From positions 58,280,001 to 58,344,000 of the forward strand of contig NC_043003.1 of NCBI RefSeq assembly GCF_006345805.1: a stretch of DNA of 64,000 bases, written 5' to 3'. Within the stretch, counting starts at the first letter, position 1, and each line of letters opens with the position of its first letter. The translations under genes were made by a program, and so were the position numbers. Shown here piece by piece: positions 26,774 through 39,981 of the stretch. The stretch is from Octopus sinensis. Its lineage: Eukaryota. The notes under the pieces were generated by a model. That model was not told where the DNA came from and did no database searches. It saw only the letters and a list, made by a program, of their open reading frames with translations.

Positions 26774-26775
<2 letters not shown>

Positions 26776-26853
26776 CATACAATGAGCTTCTCTGTTCTAG
26801 GTGTACGGAAAACATTCGGCGAGAAACGGAAGAAAATTTGAAGAAAGAAGGAA

Positions 26854-26854
<1 letters not shown>
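26774..26854 (+). mobile_element. R4/Dong family-2 3'-UTR-only insertion
   Basis: Near copy of 26642-26722, embedded in (TAA)n. Confidence 0.82.
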
Positions 26855-26917
<63 letters not shown>

Positions 26918-27066
26918 TTCCCCGTCACTAAGCGGTTTGGCAAAAAGAGACCGATAGAATAAGTACTGGGTTTACAAAAAGAATAAGTCCCGGGTTCGAG
27001 TTGCTCGACTAAAAAGGCGGTGCTCCAGCATGGCGCAGTCAAATGACTGAAACAAGTAAAAGAGTA
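26918..27066 (+). mobile_element. SINE family B 3' fragment
   Basis: gagaccgatagaataagtact ... gcagtcaaatgactgaaacaagtaaaagag. Confidence 0.8.
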
Positions 27067-27225
27067 AATAATAATAATGATAATAATAATAATAATATAA
27101 TAATAATAACAACAACAATAATAATAACAATAACAATAACAATAATAATAATAATAATAATAATAATATTAATAATAATAATAATAAAAATAATAATAAT
27201 GATAATAATAATAATAATAATGATA

Positions 27226-27257
<32 letters not shown>

Positions 27258-27264
27258 AACAATG

Positions 27265-27296
<32 letters not shown>

Positions 27297-29399
27297 CTCA
27301 TATGGTTTTAATTTACCGACTCCAAAGGATTACGTAGGTGAATTTTGTTCATAATTCATAGGAACCGATTTAATGAGACTAACTCGGGTTGATTAAATTC
27401 AGCCCTGTGAAACGAACAAGCAGCATCAAAAGAAACCGCGAATGAAAGTTTGAAAAAATCCTGATTTAAAGTTTAAAGTTTTCTCCCGACTTTGATCTAT
27501 CGCCGCTTATACAAAACGATTAGCGGCGGCAACAGATCAGAGACATATAATAATGAACCACTGTAACCAAGTATGATTTGATATTTATAACTGAAACACA
27601 CGACTCTCTGTTGTCAAAAGGCAGCTAGACTGTTGATTAAATAAATATAAATTTACTCATAATATTGCAGGATATGCTGTTAAATCTAAAAGAAAAGTGT
27701 ACCATTTCGCAGTAGCGGAATATTACTGAAATATCAAATTAAGCTGACCTAAACCTCTTCTGAAAAACCTAAGCCGACGTTTCTTTTAAGGTTAACATGA
27801 AGTTTACTATCGTGAAAACAATGGAAGTAAATTATCCATCACACCACCACCGCACTCTCAAAAAATGGGAGAAGTGCATGGTTAATGGTCAGATAGTCAT
27901 CGGGTTTTGAGGGATCCTTTTCTTCCTAGTCGTGACTTCCTGATTAATTCTTATACAGCTGTGGTTCCCAACCATTTTTTAGCTATTATAAAATTCCTCT
28001 TATAATTCTGTTAAATATTATCTGGATATGTATAAAAAAACAGTTAAAATATTTTGTGTATTGAAGGATTATAACCTGTTTATTGTACATAAATTATAAC
28101 AACAAAATCTATGATCCCTAAGGGGCCATATGGACCCCGGTTGAGAATCCTTTTTCTACAGTACCATAAAAGGCTTTCGACTTCATGTTGACACCTTTTT
28201 GCATGGCATAGCTGTAGACCCAGTCAGGACTATTATCCAGAGTTCATCAAATGCACCACAAGAGCAAGAACACTTAAATAAGGAATGAGGTGACATGAGT
28301 GCGGTTGTTTGGGAGCTGGCAGTTTGGTACGACTGACTGGACACTCAATCTGTGTTGGAAACAGTAGTTTTTGGCACTGGAGGCAAACACACACGCGTAC
28401 ACGCGCTCGCGCAGAAACATGCACATACAGAGTGAGTGAACAAGAGGGAGGGAGAGAGATTACAGTTTATTAATTGAACACAATTAACATAAGCACTTTC
28501 CCTTCTCTTCAAATACATAAAAACAGAGAGAGGAAGAGAGAACGAAGGAAACATTAAAATGGCTGACGTCAAATAAGTCAACGTCGAATCAGCGACACCA
28601 TTTAGGCGGTGCCAAAACAGCTGTACCAGAACGTCTCATACGCCTTTGATATTATTTTCAAAAACAAAAAATTTATTTGCTTCCAACCCTTTCATTTTTT
28701 TTTGGAGTATCAATTTCATGTTGTTGAAGATATACAATCAATTTCTCCAGTTTAACTCTGGCTCTTCAGTAACAAGTTAATGCTGTCTGGATAAACGTCG
28801 TCAGTGCCGGACATACAAGAAACAACTCCAGTCACTTCTCCTATGGGTTTAATCCCTTCATAATCAATCACTCCTTCGGATTATCATTTACGCGAGATTC
28901 CATTACTCCGGAGAAAAAAATACATTACACTTCCCTTCCTCCTACGAAGTATTAATGTTTATGATGGCCTTCGGGATGATATATGACTTCCAGTAATCGC
29001 AAATAAACTACATACAATTAATTGCTCAAGTGCAACAATCTCTTTGAAAATTATATATTTTAAAGATCGCAACTACTCCCTGATCTATTAATTGCAAAAA
29101 TGAATTTACGCTGGAGGGGGGGATACACAACTTCAGTGACGTAGCTAGACTGTGTTCCACGCGGAACAGCCCTTGAGTCTGACCCCACCCGAAGCTTCCA
29201 AGTTTATACAGGCTCACACAGTAAATTCAAAGGTGTCACCTTGTAAAAGCGTCCCCCGGGACAGATCATCCCTCGAGACAGATCATCCCTCGAGACAGAT
29301 CATCCCTCTTCTCCTAAGTTACTCCGCTGCATAACCTCAATTTTAAAATGATTATTGTGGCCCTTTTTAAAAAAAAAAAAGTCGGTTGAGTGTTCTGTA

Positions 29400-30110
29400 G
29401 CATTGACCACCATCGACTTTGGTACATGAGCTATTCTCTGCCCAAAACTGAGAAACCTTTAGGCAAAAGTTCAAAGTGTACTATGTGTTAAAATTGTTTG
29501 AGTTATCCACTCCTTGTTTCTTTTGCGCGCCAAAACACAGAAAGTCGTGACACCACCATACGCTTTATTTTATGAGTCAGCTCAGAAAACTTTGAGTTTA
29601 TATGTTGCTTTAGCATTATCACTTTGAAGCAATGCCATTTGATTTGCTTGCAACATTGAAACTACGAGCAGATCCTTACAAGTGGTCTACGATCTGCCGG
29701 CAGTTATTATTTTTCTTTTCTTTTTTTTTTCCAATAAAAATTTTGTGTCCACATTAAAAAGCTAAGTTAGAAATTGCAGCTTCCTTCAGCTGTTAAACGA
29801 CTAAATTCGGAACGCTACTCTTCCATCACTGCATCGTCAATAGTAATACTAGCCTCAACAGACATTTTCACATTGTGAACTTTAGAACGGTTTTTAAACT
29901 GTTGAAAGTACCATTTGTCAGTCGTAAATATTTTAGTATCACCAGACTCTTCATGTCAGCAAATAACGAATTCACATTGTCCAGAATTCCAGTCTATATT
30001 TATGGGAACGTTTATTTTGGTTCATTTCATCAAATCACATCACCAACATTTTTTCCTCATTGTCTTGCATTGTGAATAATTTTCTCTGGCGGATAACAAA
30101 AATTATTCCT
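29400..30110 (-). mobile_element. Tigger/pogo-like transposase fossil
   Basis: Minus strand FQQFKNRSKVHNVKMSVEAS followed by FNVD, resembling pogo WFxxFKxR...GEAAS and IFNxDET motifs. Confidence 0.55.
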
Positions 30111-30323
30111 AAGTCTGTGCGCTTTATTTTATTTTATCAACATAGTCCATCATAATCGTTGATATAGTAGAATGCATTAGACTCCATGCAATGAATCACA
30201 GCATATCTCTTCTCAGTTTTTTTTTTTTTTGTGTGTTTTACATTTATTTGGTTTTGGTCGACTGCAGCACACAGACACAGCGCAGTACAACGCTCACTAA
30301 TCATGGGATGACAATATTATTAT

Positions 30324-30534
30324 GAGTTTCTTCTTCTTCATTGAATTTTATTACTATTTCTTGCCGAGTGTCTTCTCGACACCTAAGGCAAAGAAACTCA
30401 CTGTGTACATATTAAAATAAACACATCAGATTGTTCATTTACAAAGTCATGTGGTAGAAAAAAAGATACAAAAGAAAAGAAAAATGGATAAAAGAAAAAA
30501 AAAGATAGAAAAAAGGACAAAACCAAAAAGTCAT

Positions 30535-30535
<1 letters not shown>
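30324..30535 (-). mobile_element. 3' UTR of a third R4/Dong-related family
   Basis: Minus strand gagtttctttgccttaggtgtcgagaagacactcggcaagaaa aligns with family-2 gagcttctctgccctaggtgtatggaaaatacccggcgagaaa; ends in taataat. Confidence 0.6.
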
Positions 30536-30615
<80 letters not shown>

Positions 30616-30640
30616 AAGAAGAAGAAGAAGAAGAAGAAGA

Positions 30641-31133
30641 AGAAAAGGTCACAGAAAACGATAAAGCAACCATGCTCTGGGATATGCCAATATACACAGA
30701 TAGAGAAATTAAGGCCAACAGGCCAGATATAGTTGTCAGAGATCATGAAGAAAAAAATGCTTTCTAATTGATGTATCAATACCAGCAGATGACAACGTTT
30801 CTCTAAAAGAAATGGAGAAACTTTCAAAATACAAAGACCTAGAAATAGAGGTAACTCAAATGTAGAATCTAAAAACAGAAACAATTCTTATCATAGGAGG
30901 CGCATTAGGCATGATAATAAAATATTTAGACAAATACATAACAAAAACACCAGGACTTACAAACACATAACATACAGAAAATTGCACTACTAGGCACTGT
31001 AGACATCCTACGCAAAACACTTTCAATACAGTAGCCATCAGAGCATCACAACAAATCACAGCACATACCCAAGGCACACAGAGCTGCGCTCGGTAGTGAA
31101 GTGAAAGCACGCAATAAAAATAAAACTACTGAA
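30641..31133 (+). mobile_element. 5'-truncated R4/Dong family-1 copy
   Basis: Close match to 35461-35954; preceded by (AAT)n(AAG)n. Confidence 0.9.
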
Positions 31134-31429
31134 TATAATAATTATTGTTGTTGTTGTTGTTGCTGCTGCTGTTGCTGTTGTTGTTTAAGGCATTGAGCTG
31201 ATAGAATCGTCAGCATACTGGACGAAATGCTTGGCGGTATCTCATCAAAGTTCAAATTCCACCGAGGTCATATTTGCCTTTTATCATATCGGAGTCGATA
31301 AATTAAGTACCAGTGAAACACTGGGGTCGATGTAATCGACTCATCCCCTCCTTCAAAATGGCTGTCGTTGTGGCAAAATTTGAAACCATTATTATTATTG
31401 TTATTGTTGTTGTTATTATTATTATTATT

Positions 31430-31462
<33 letters not shown>

Positions 31463-31465
31463 CTT

Positions 31466-31496
<31 letters not shown>

Positions 31497-31799
31497 TTGT
31501 TGTTCTTGTTGTTGTTCTTGTTGTTATTATTTAAAGCGGCGAGCTGGTAGAATCGTTAGCGTGCCGGAGAAAATGCTTAGTGGCATTTCGTCTGTCTTCG
31601 CAGTCTGAGTTCAAATTCCGCCGAGGTCGACTTTACCTTTCATCCTTTCAGAGTCGATAAAATAAGTACTAACTGAGTAGTGGGCTCTAGATGTTTCTTC
31701 AGGTTGGTTGGTATTGAACCCCAAACTCTGATGACATCAACCCCAGTATTCAATTGGTTCTTAATAATAATAGTAATAATAATAATAGTAATAGTAGTA

Positions 31800-31857
<58 letters not shown>

Positions 31858-31859
<2 letters not shown>

Positions 31860-34800
31860 CCGGGGACGTTTAAGATATAAGAACGATAAAACAGTGCTCC
31901 GAAATCTATCCACAAACATCGAAAACACAGACATCGTATGGAGCCAAAAATTTACTAACAAAGGACTGGACTATATCCGAGTAAGTAATACTCATTGAAA
32001 TTTATTACTATTTTCGAAACGAAATTATGTATTTTAACTCGATATCATCTCCACTTCTAACACAACACATGTAAACATGCGTGGTACATTACGATCCATC
32101 AACACCAGATCATCCCCGACCCCAAATACCATGTACAAAAAAACTACGAAGAAATTAAATAACACCGATATTATTCAACCCAAGAATAACAATCGGGAAG
32201 TACGTACTTTAAACTTACAACACAAAATGTACGAAAAACTACACGTGCAAAACAATGTGACAACAGAAATGAACGGACTGGTACCCTACGAAAATGACGA
32301 CCGTCAAAATAATGGGCCGGACCTTGTTCCTCATGTACCGCAAATAAAACCCAAAAGACATAAATGGACACGTGAGGAATACATTTCTATCCTACACGCT
32401 TACTTCACAGCAGTGCTCTACTCAAAAAATGAAAACAAAACAACACATACATATAAAATATGGAAGGAAAATAACATAAATATAGACTTGGATACAGCAA
32501 TGAACCCTAATAAACTAGCAAACGTACGAAGATACATTCTCAACGCAAAAAAAAATTAGAAATAGAAATAGAACATCTAAAAGAAAAAATACATCAGGAA
32601 AATGTAGATAAAAGCCACACAACAATACCCAATAATATAAACTCTGAAACAGTAAAACACGAAAACAAACGTAACATTCCCAACAAACACGATGTAAACA
32701 AAAAACAACAAACCCAGACCGTAAAGATGCATAATAATACACGACAAACAGCAAGCCAAAACACGACAAACAAACATACGAACGTGAAAAAAAGTGACAC
32801 AAAATGAAAAACCTGGAAACAACGAAGGGGAGCCTAATGATTATAAATACTACTATAAAAAGTAGAATAATCAAAGAACTGAAAAACACAGATCTCAAGA
32901 TGGACCACCGACCATACCTCCAAAAAAATCAAAATAGACGAAACAACAACATCAATTATAAACAGCATAAACCTAGCCGTCACGGAACTAATAGCCACTG
33001 AAACAAAAAGCGATATCACTGAGCTAAATTACTTAGTATACGCAGCAGCCACTGCAGCCACAAAAGAAGCTGGATACTCACTCAAACCCATCCAAACAGG
33101 AGTACCACCACCCAAACAAACCATATGGATAAATAACATCCAAAACAAAATACAAAAAATGAGAAAAGATCTGTCGATTCTTAATGAAATCAGTAGACAA
33201 TCAACGCTACTGAGCAACAAAAAGAAAACAAAAATACTCCGCAAATACAACATCACAGAAAAAGATTTACCTGAGATAAAAGAAAAACTAAAGCAAGATA
33301 TCCTTGCCAAAGCACAAAGAATCCGCCGGTACGAGAAACGCCAGCGCTTCTTTGAACAAAACAAAAAGTTCAACTCCAACCCCAAAAAGTTCTAACAAGA
33401 ACTTGGCAAAAATAAAATAGAAATCACTGCAGCACCAACGGCAGAAGAAGTGGAAGAATTCTGGAGAGAAATATGGTCGGCGAACGAACAACCAAAAAAA
33501 AAAAGGAGTATTAAAACAACAAACTCAGCATCTGAGCAACTTTGGACCCCCATAACAACTGAAGAGGTCACCCAAGCACTGTAAAGACTAAGCAACTGGA
33601 AGGCACCTGGGCATGACAAGATCCCCAACTTCTGGTTGAAATATCTAACAGGAATGCACAAAAAGCTGGCTGAAAACTTTAACAACATACTAGCAGAGCC
33701 AGAGACAATGCCAGAATGGCTCACGAAGGGGAAAACCATCTTAATTCCCAAATCAAATGAAACAGCAAAACCAGAAAACTACAGACCAATAACCTGTCTC
33801 CCTAAAATGTACAAGGCATGTACTGCAGTGATATTGCAAAGGTTGAACAAGCACCTGGACGAAAACAACCTGTTTCCAGAAGAGCAGAAAGGATGCCGCA
33901 AAGGCTCATATGGCTACAAAGATCAACTAATGATTAATAAAGCCATAACTGAAGACAGCCACAGAAAGAAGAAAGGCCTCAGTATGGCCTGGATCGACTA
34001 CAAAAAGGCGTTTGATAGCATCCTTCACACATGGATCCTCGAAACACTAGCCATTAACAAAGTAGCACCAACAATTATAAAATTCATAGGACACTCTATG
34101 AATAAATGGCAAACCGTGCTACAGCTCCAAACAAAAGAGGGACTCTTGAAAACCAAAGCCATCCCCATTAGAAGAGGAATATTCCAGGGAGACACGCTCT
34201 CTCCACTCCTTTTCTGCTTGGCACTGTCACCTCTATCTGATATGCTAAATAGAACTGGATGCGGATATAAATGTTACGGCAAAACGATCAGCCACCTTTT
34301 ATATATGGATGACCTAAAACTATACGCTGCAAATGACAAACAGCTGGAAACACTATTAAAGACAGTTCATGGATTTACCAAAGAAATAGATATGAAATTT
34401 GGATTAGAAAAATACGCCAAAGTAACCATGAAAAGAGGAAAACTAGTTAAGAGTAGCAACATCACACTAGATAAAACCAATGAAATAAAAGAATTAGACC
34501 AAAGCCAAACTTACAAATACTTAGGAATCCATGAACTAGATAAGACACAACACACACAAATGAAAGAGAAAATAAAAAAAGAATATTATAGACGAGTTAG
34601 ATCAATACTAAAAACAGAGCTCAATGCTAAAAACAAGATAATAGGTATTAACATTTTAGCTGTCCCAGTTATAAGTTACAGCTACAATATCCTTAACTAG
34701 ACACTAAATGAACTGACCAAAATAGATAGGAAAACAAGAAAAATAATGACAGGGTCTAGGATGCATCACCCAAAATCTGACATAGAAAGACTATATATAC

Positions 34801-35954
34801 AACGTATAGAAGGTTGTAGAGGCCTTATACAGCTGGAAAACTACTATAAAATAACCACCATAGGACTGCAAAAATATCTACTTCAGAAGGAAGGAAAACT
34901 GATACAAATAGCGGCAAAACACGAGCAAAACAAAAAACTGTTCTCAGTATTTAAGGAAGCTGACAAATACAAACAAGAAATCATACCATCTAACAAATAT
35001 GAAGAAGAAGAAGATGAAGAAACAACAAAAGCTATAAAACAAATGAAATCCAAACTAAAACTAGAACAACAAAGAACCATGATAAAACGGTGGCAAGAAA
35101 AGCCCCTTCATGGTAAATACTGGACTAAACTAAATGCAAAAGAAATAGACAAAGAAAAATTCCAGCAATGGTTGAGAAGCCCAGGACTCAAAGCAGAGAC
35201 AGAGGGATTTTTAATTGCAGCACAAGACCAAAGCCTCCCCACCAGAAATTACCAAAACATGTAATGAAAAGAAATATAACAAGTAACTGCAGAATATGTG
35301 GAGATGGACAAGAAACAATAAATCATATTATCTCTGGCTGCCCAGTCCTGGCTAAGAAGGAATATATTCACAGACATGACAGAGTTGGAACTTACATACA
35401 CTGGAAGCTATGCCAACATTATGGAATAACAACAGAAAAAAGATGGTATAGGCACACACCAGAAAAGGTCACAGAAAACGATAAAGCAACCATACTCTGG
35501 GATATGCCGATACACACAGATAGAGAAATTAAGGCCAACAGACCAGATATAGTTGTCAGAGATCATGAAGAAAAAAATGCTTTCGAATTGATGTATCAAT
35601 ACCGGCAGATGACAACGTGTCTCTAAAAGAAATGGAGAAACTTTCAAAATACAAAGATCTGGAAATAGAGGTAACCAGAATGTGGAATCTAAAAACAGAA
35701 ACAATCCCTATCATAGTAGGTGCATTAGGCATGATAAAAAAATATTCAGACAAATATATAACAAAAACACCAGGACTTACAAACACATATAACATACAGA
35801 AAATTGCACAACTAGGCACTGCACACATCCTACGCAGAACACTTTCCATACAATAACCATCAGAGCATCACAACAAATCACAGTACATACCCAAGGCACA
35901 CAGAGCTGCGCTCGGTAGTGAAGTGAAAGCACGCTATAAAAATAAAACTACTGA
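31858..35954 (+). mobile_element. Near full-length R4/Dong-clade non-LTR retrotransposon (family 1), single ORF broken by stops and frameshifts
   Basis: N-terminal RHKWTREE...NKLANVRRYIL; RT KAPGHD, NYRPITCL, WIDYKKAFDS, GIFQGDTLSP, YMDD (34302-34313), YKYLG; CCHC CRICGDGQETINHIISGC; RHD; RLE RPDIV...KYKDL; stop 35856; (TAA)n on both flanks. Confidence 0.94.
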
Positions 35955-35975
35955 ATAATAATAATAATAATAATA

Positions 35976-36024
<49 letters not shown>

Positions 36025-36865
36025 TCCTACTATAGCCATAGAGCCTGATATTTGTGGGGAGGGTACGGTACTTGATAAGAGTAATAATGGTTTCAAATTC
36101 TGACACAAGCCAGCATTCTCAAGGGAGTTGATCCAGCCGAGCCCAATTTTGCCTTTCATCTGTTCGGGGTCAATTGGTTCTTGAGGTTCGGCAAAAGTGA
36201 TCGATAGAATAAGTACTAAGATTTTTTAAAAGTCCTGACGTCGATTTGTTCGACAACCTTACCATCCCGCCAGGCGGTGCCCCAGTATGGCCGCAGTCAA
36301 ATGACTGAAATAAGTAAAAGTAAAAGATAAAAGTTATTTTATCGTGACCCCCACCCCTAGAATGGTTGTCTCATTGGACTCAAAGCTCAACACTTGTCTT
36401 AACGCTTGCTGCTCAACGCAGAAGTGCAAGAAGGGTAGGGCGAGGAGTGGGGTCAGTTACTCCTGAGAGCGTGTGTGAAGATGCACAAAATTGCTTCCGG
36501 TCTATAAAGCTTATTAATTAATAATTACGCCATGCTCTAAAGATGACGCACGTTAGAAATATATAGCACAGTGCTACGTTATGCGCAAGCATAATTTTGG
36601 CTCATTTTCAAATGTCTCCTTTGAAGTACTTTTAAATACTCATCGTGGAATATCTTTGAATACATACGTCTGAAGAAGATTTTCCAATAATTTCTTCTAC
36701 AATTATTAATCTTGAGCGAGGCTGTTTAATTTTATGCATGATTTTAAAACACACGATAATGCTTTAGTTCGTAATTTTAGCCAATTTGGGGCAGATTGCT
36801 AATGCATGAATAAAATATTTATGACTACATTACAAATTATCAAATCTACAAAAGTTAAAGAAAGA

Positions 36866-37642
36866 GATTGTGAAGTATACCTACGATTATGAAGAACATC
36901 TACGATTGCCAAGAACACCTACGATTGTCAAGAACACATATGATTGTGAAGAACACCTACGATTGTGAAGAACACCTACGATTGTGAAGAACACCTACGA
37001 TTGTGAAGAACACCTACGATTGTCAAGAATACCTATGATTGTGAAGAACATCTACGATTGTCAATAACACCTAAGATTGTCAAGAACATCTACGATTGTC
37101 AAGAACACCTACGATTGTCAAGAACATCTACGATTGTCAAGAACATCTACGATTGTCAAGAACACCTACGATTGTTAAGAACAACTATGATTGTCAAGTA
37201 CACCTATGATTGTGAAGAACACCTACGATTGTCAAGAACATCTACGATTGTCAAGAACACCTACGATTGTCAAGAACATCTACGATTGTCAAGAGCATCT
37301 ACGATTGTCAAGAACACCTACTATTGTCAAGAACATCTACGATTGTCAAAAGCATCTATGATTGTTAAAAAAACACCCACGATAGTCAAGAACACCTATG
37401 ATTGTGAAGAACACCTACGATTGTCAAGAACATCTACGATTGTCAAGAACACCTATGATTGTCAAGAACATCTACGATTGTCAAGAACACCTATGATTGT
37501 GAAGAACACCTACGATTGTGAAGAACATCTACGATTGTCAATAACACCTACGATTGTCAAGAACACCTATGATTGTTAAGAACATCTACGATTGTCAAGA
37601 ACACCCTACGATTGTCAAGAACGCCTACGATAGTCAAGAACA
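36866..37642. repeat. 19-bp minisatellite, about 41 copies (consensus gattgtcaagaacacctac)
   Basis: Visible tandem array with variants c/g-aag, cc/tc, tac/tat. Confidence 0.95.
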
Positions 37643-37849
37643 AACATATACATATACATATACATATACACACAAAAGGGGTACTGAAAAGTTCCTAGTT
37701 TAAGGGTATTGCGAAAGGCCTGGCTGGAAGCCCAGTCTTACAGGGCTTAGAAAAACTGAAGGACTGCTGCCATTAGTGTTACCCGAAGTCTGGAATTTTT
37801 CAGCACCACATCGTATCTACATCATGAAATAAGAAAACAAACTTAAATA

Positions 37850-38060
37850 ATCCCATGGCTTCACATGTGCGAAGCTATTGTTTGTTAGCAATTCGTAGAA
37901 TCATATAATATGGTATTTTGCTTGATTCCACAACTAATTTGGTTCATCGTGAACAACTGGTCTACGAGATTCGGTTTGTTGACATTATCTTTGAGACAAA
38001 AGAAAAAGTCAAAAGACTCTGTGTTGAGAAAACAATTCACAGAAAATTAAAAGCGAATAG
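37850..38060 (+). mobile_element. hAT transposase fossil fragment
   Basis: GILLDSTTNLVHREQLVYEIRFVD resembles hAT DxTxDxSHxEQLxxxIRYV. Confidence 0.55.
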
Positions 38061-38215
38061 AATTATATTGATTATTGTGCACAGTGTCAAGCTCATACTT
38101 GTGTCAGGTATTCAACAAAGAATTCCAGACTCCTATACGAAAGCAGTCTTGATAAACTGTGGCAACTAAAATCAGAAAAGATTATTTTATACTTTGAGTA
38201 TTTGAAACCATTACG

Positions 38216-38290
<75 letters not shown>

Positions 38291-38294
38291 TTTT

Positions 38295-38660
38295 CTACCA
38301 CGTGGTTCCCGATTCAGTTCTACTGCGTGGCACCTTAGGCAAATATCTTCTACTATAGCCCGCAGCTGACCAAAGGTCTGTGAGTGGATTTAGCAGAAGG
38401 AAACTGAAAGAATCCCGTCGTAAATATGCAAATATATATATATATACATGCCCATATACATTTGTGTGTGTGTGTGTGTATACCACATCACCGATCGACA
38501 ACGAGTGTTGGTTTGTTTACGTTCCCGCAACCTGGCGGTTCGGTAAAAACAGATTGATGTTCATTAAGAATCATGCTTAGAAAAAAAAAGTCCTGAGTCA
38601 ATTTCTTCGCCTAAATCCTTCAAGGCAGTACCTCATCATGACCACAGACTAATGACTGAA
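38295..38660 (+). mobile_element. SINE family B, diverged and 5'-truncated
   Basis: ctgcgtggcaccttaggcaaatatcttctactatagcc... Confidence 0.75.
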
Positions 38661-38762
38661 CGATGTAGTGTTCACGGTCGAGAAAAAGTACTCAATACCA
38701 CACAGGAGATGTGCAGGATGCACAGGGTCTTCAGGTGAAATCCCTATCCACCCACTTATGAA

Positions 38763-38807
<45 letters not shown>

Positions 38808-38813
38808 CCTATG

Positions 38814-38844
<31 letters not shown>

Positions 38845-38845
<1 letters not shown>

Positions 38846-39050
38846 AAGTTAATCCAAACAAGAAAGCACAAAAAAACACAACAGCGCGAGGACGTGGAAC
38901 AAATATAGTATTATTGGACGCTCAGGAAAGAAGGAAAGAAGGAGGGTTTAACGTTTCGAGCGGAGCTCTTCGTTGGAAACATAGGAGAAGGAAAGATCCA
39001 GAGAAGGGAAGACAGGAAAAAAAATCGCCAACGGTACACACGAGGTCATA
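38845..39050 (-). mobile_element. Penelope-type pseudo-LTR fragment with mutated hammerhead
   Basis: Minus strand gtttccaacgaagagctccgctcgaaacgttaaac (38946-38980); bounded by (TA)n. Confidence 0.6.
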
Positions 39051-39438
39051 TATATACAAAATTTTCAGTAGAAGATAAAAACTTCGGTTGTCCGTAATTT
39101 ACATCCAAATAAACGAAATCATGCTTCCAGTGATTTACAAGTCGTGATTGGACGGGATACGTCGTTCCATTCACGTACTTTTAGGATCAATAAACACATG
39201 TACATATTAACATAATTCACGTAATAAAATTTAAATGAAGTAAAAATTCTATTCGAGTATACAATGATGACATAAAATCATAAGAAACTTGTATGCGTGT
39301 GTAGATACATGTAATCGAAGGAGATTAAAAATTGTAAATAAAGTTCAGCAATACGAAATATCATGAAGGCCATGCTTGATCGCTAAATCCACAAGTTTTT
39401 TTTATCCCCCCTCTCTCTCTCTTTATTTTCTCTTATTC

Positions 39439-39474
39439 CTTTCTGATGAAGAGCGTAGGCTCGAAACGTAAAAG
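39439..39474 (+). ncRNA. Minimal type I hammerhead ribozyme (Penelope-associated type), apparently intact
   Basis: cttt-CTGATGA-A-GAGC-gtag-GCTC-GAAAC-GTA-aaag: stem I cttt/aaag, 4-bp stem II, palindromic ACGT stem III, GUA cleavage triplet. Sits in repeat 39368-39563. Confidence 0.72.
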
Positions 39475-39981
39475 ACTTTCTCACTTTCCCGAGCGACAAA
39501 CTAATAGACCTGTTTGTTATTCACACGCTTATCTTCGTCTTTTGTTTCTCTGTAAATTTCAACTATATATTATACGCTCACGTGGTGACCCCAGTTCTAT
39601 CCTGCTTTAATCTGCTACTCTTTGGACTTATATATCTCAACTACCGCCTGAACTTTCTGCACCTCTCCTCATCTATAAACCAGCACACCACCCGGATTAC
39701 CACTGGATATACTCTCACGGATATCACTGGACTCCTTCCGTTGATGAAGAGTAAAAGTCAGTTAAAAACCTACGGTCGTTTCAGAAAAATATTAAAGGGC
39801 TGTAAGAACAATCTTCATCGAAGTAATATATATATGTGTGTGTGTATGTATGTATGTGAGTGGGGGGGGAGTAATTCGAATACACGATAGTACGAACTGC
39901 GGCTGGAGCTACAATTTTCTGTCAACCATGAGTCAGGCACTCCGATACAAGGTAGAGTGCAAAACAGTATTAATTGTACAT

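Noticed and set aside
31858-32076. HDV-like ribozyme in the Dong 5' UTR
   Set aside because: Could not find the P1/P3/L3/P1.1 arrangement by eye.
36866-37642. CRISPR-like array or 173-aa repeat protein
   Set aside because: Head-to-tail units without unique spacers, eukaryotic context, no cas genes; the ORF follows from the repeat period.
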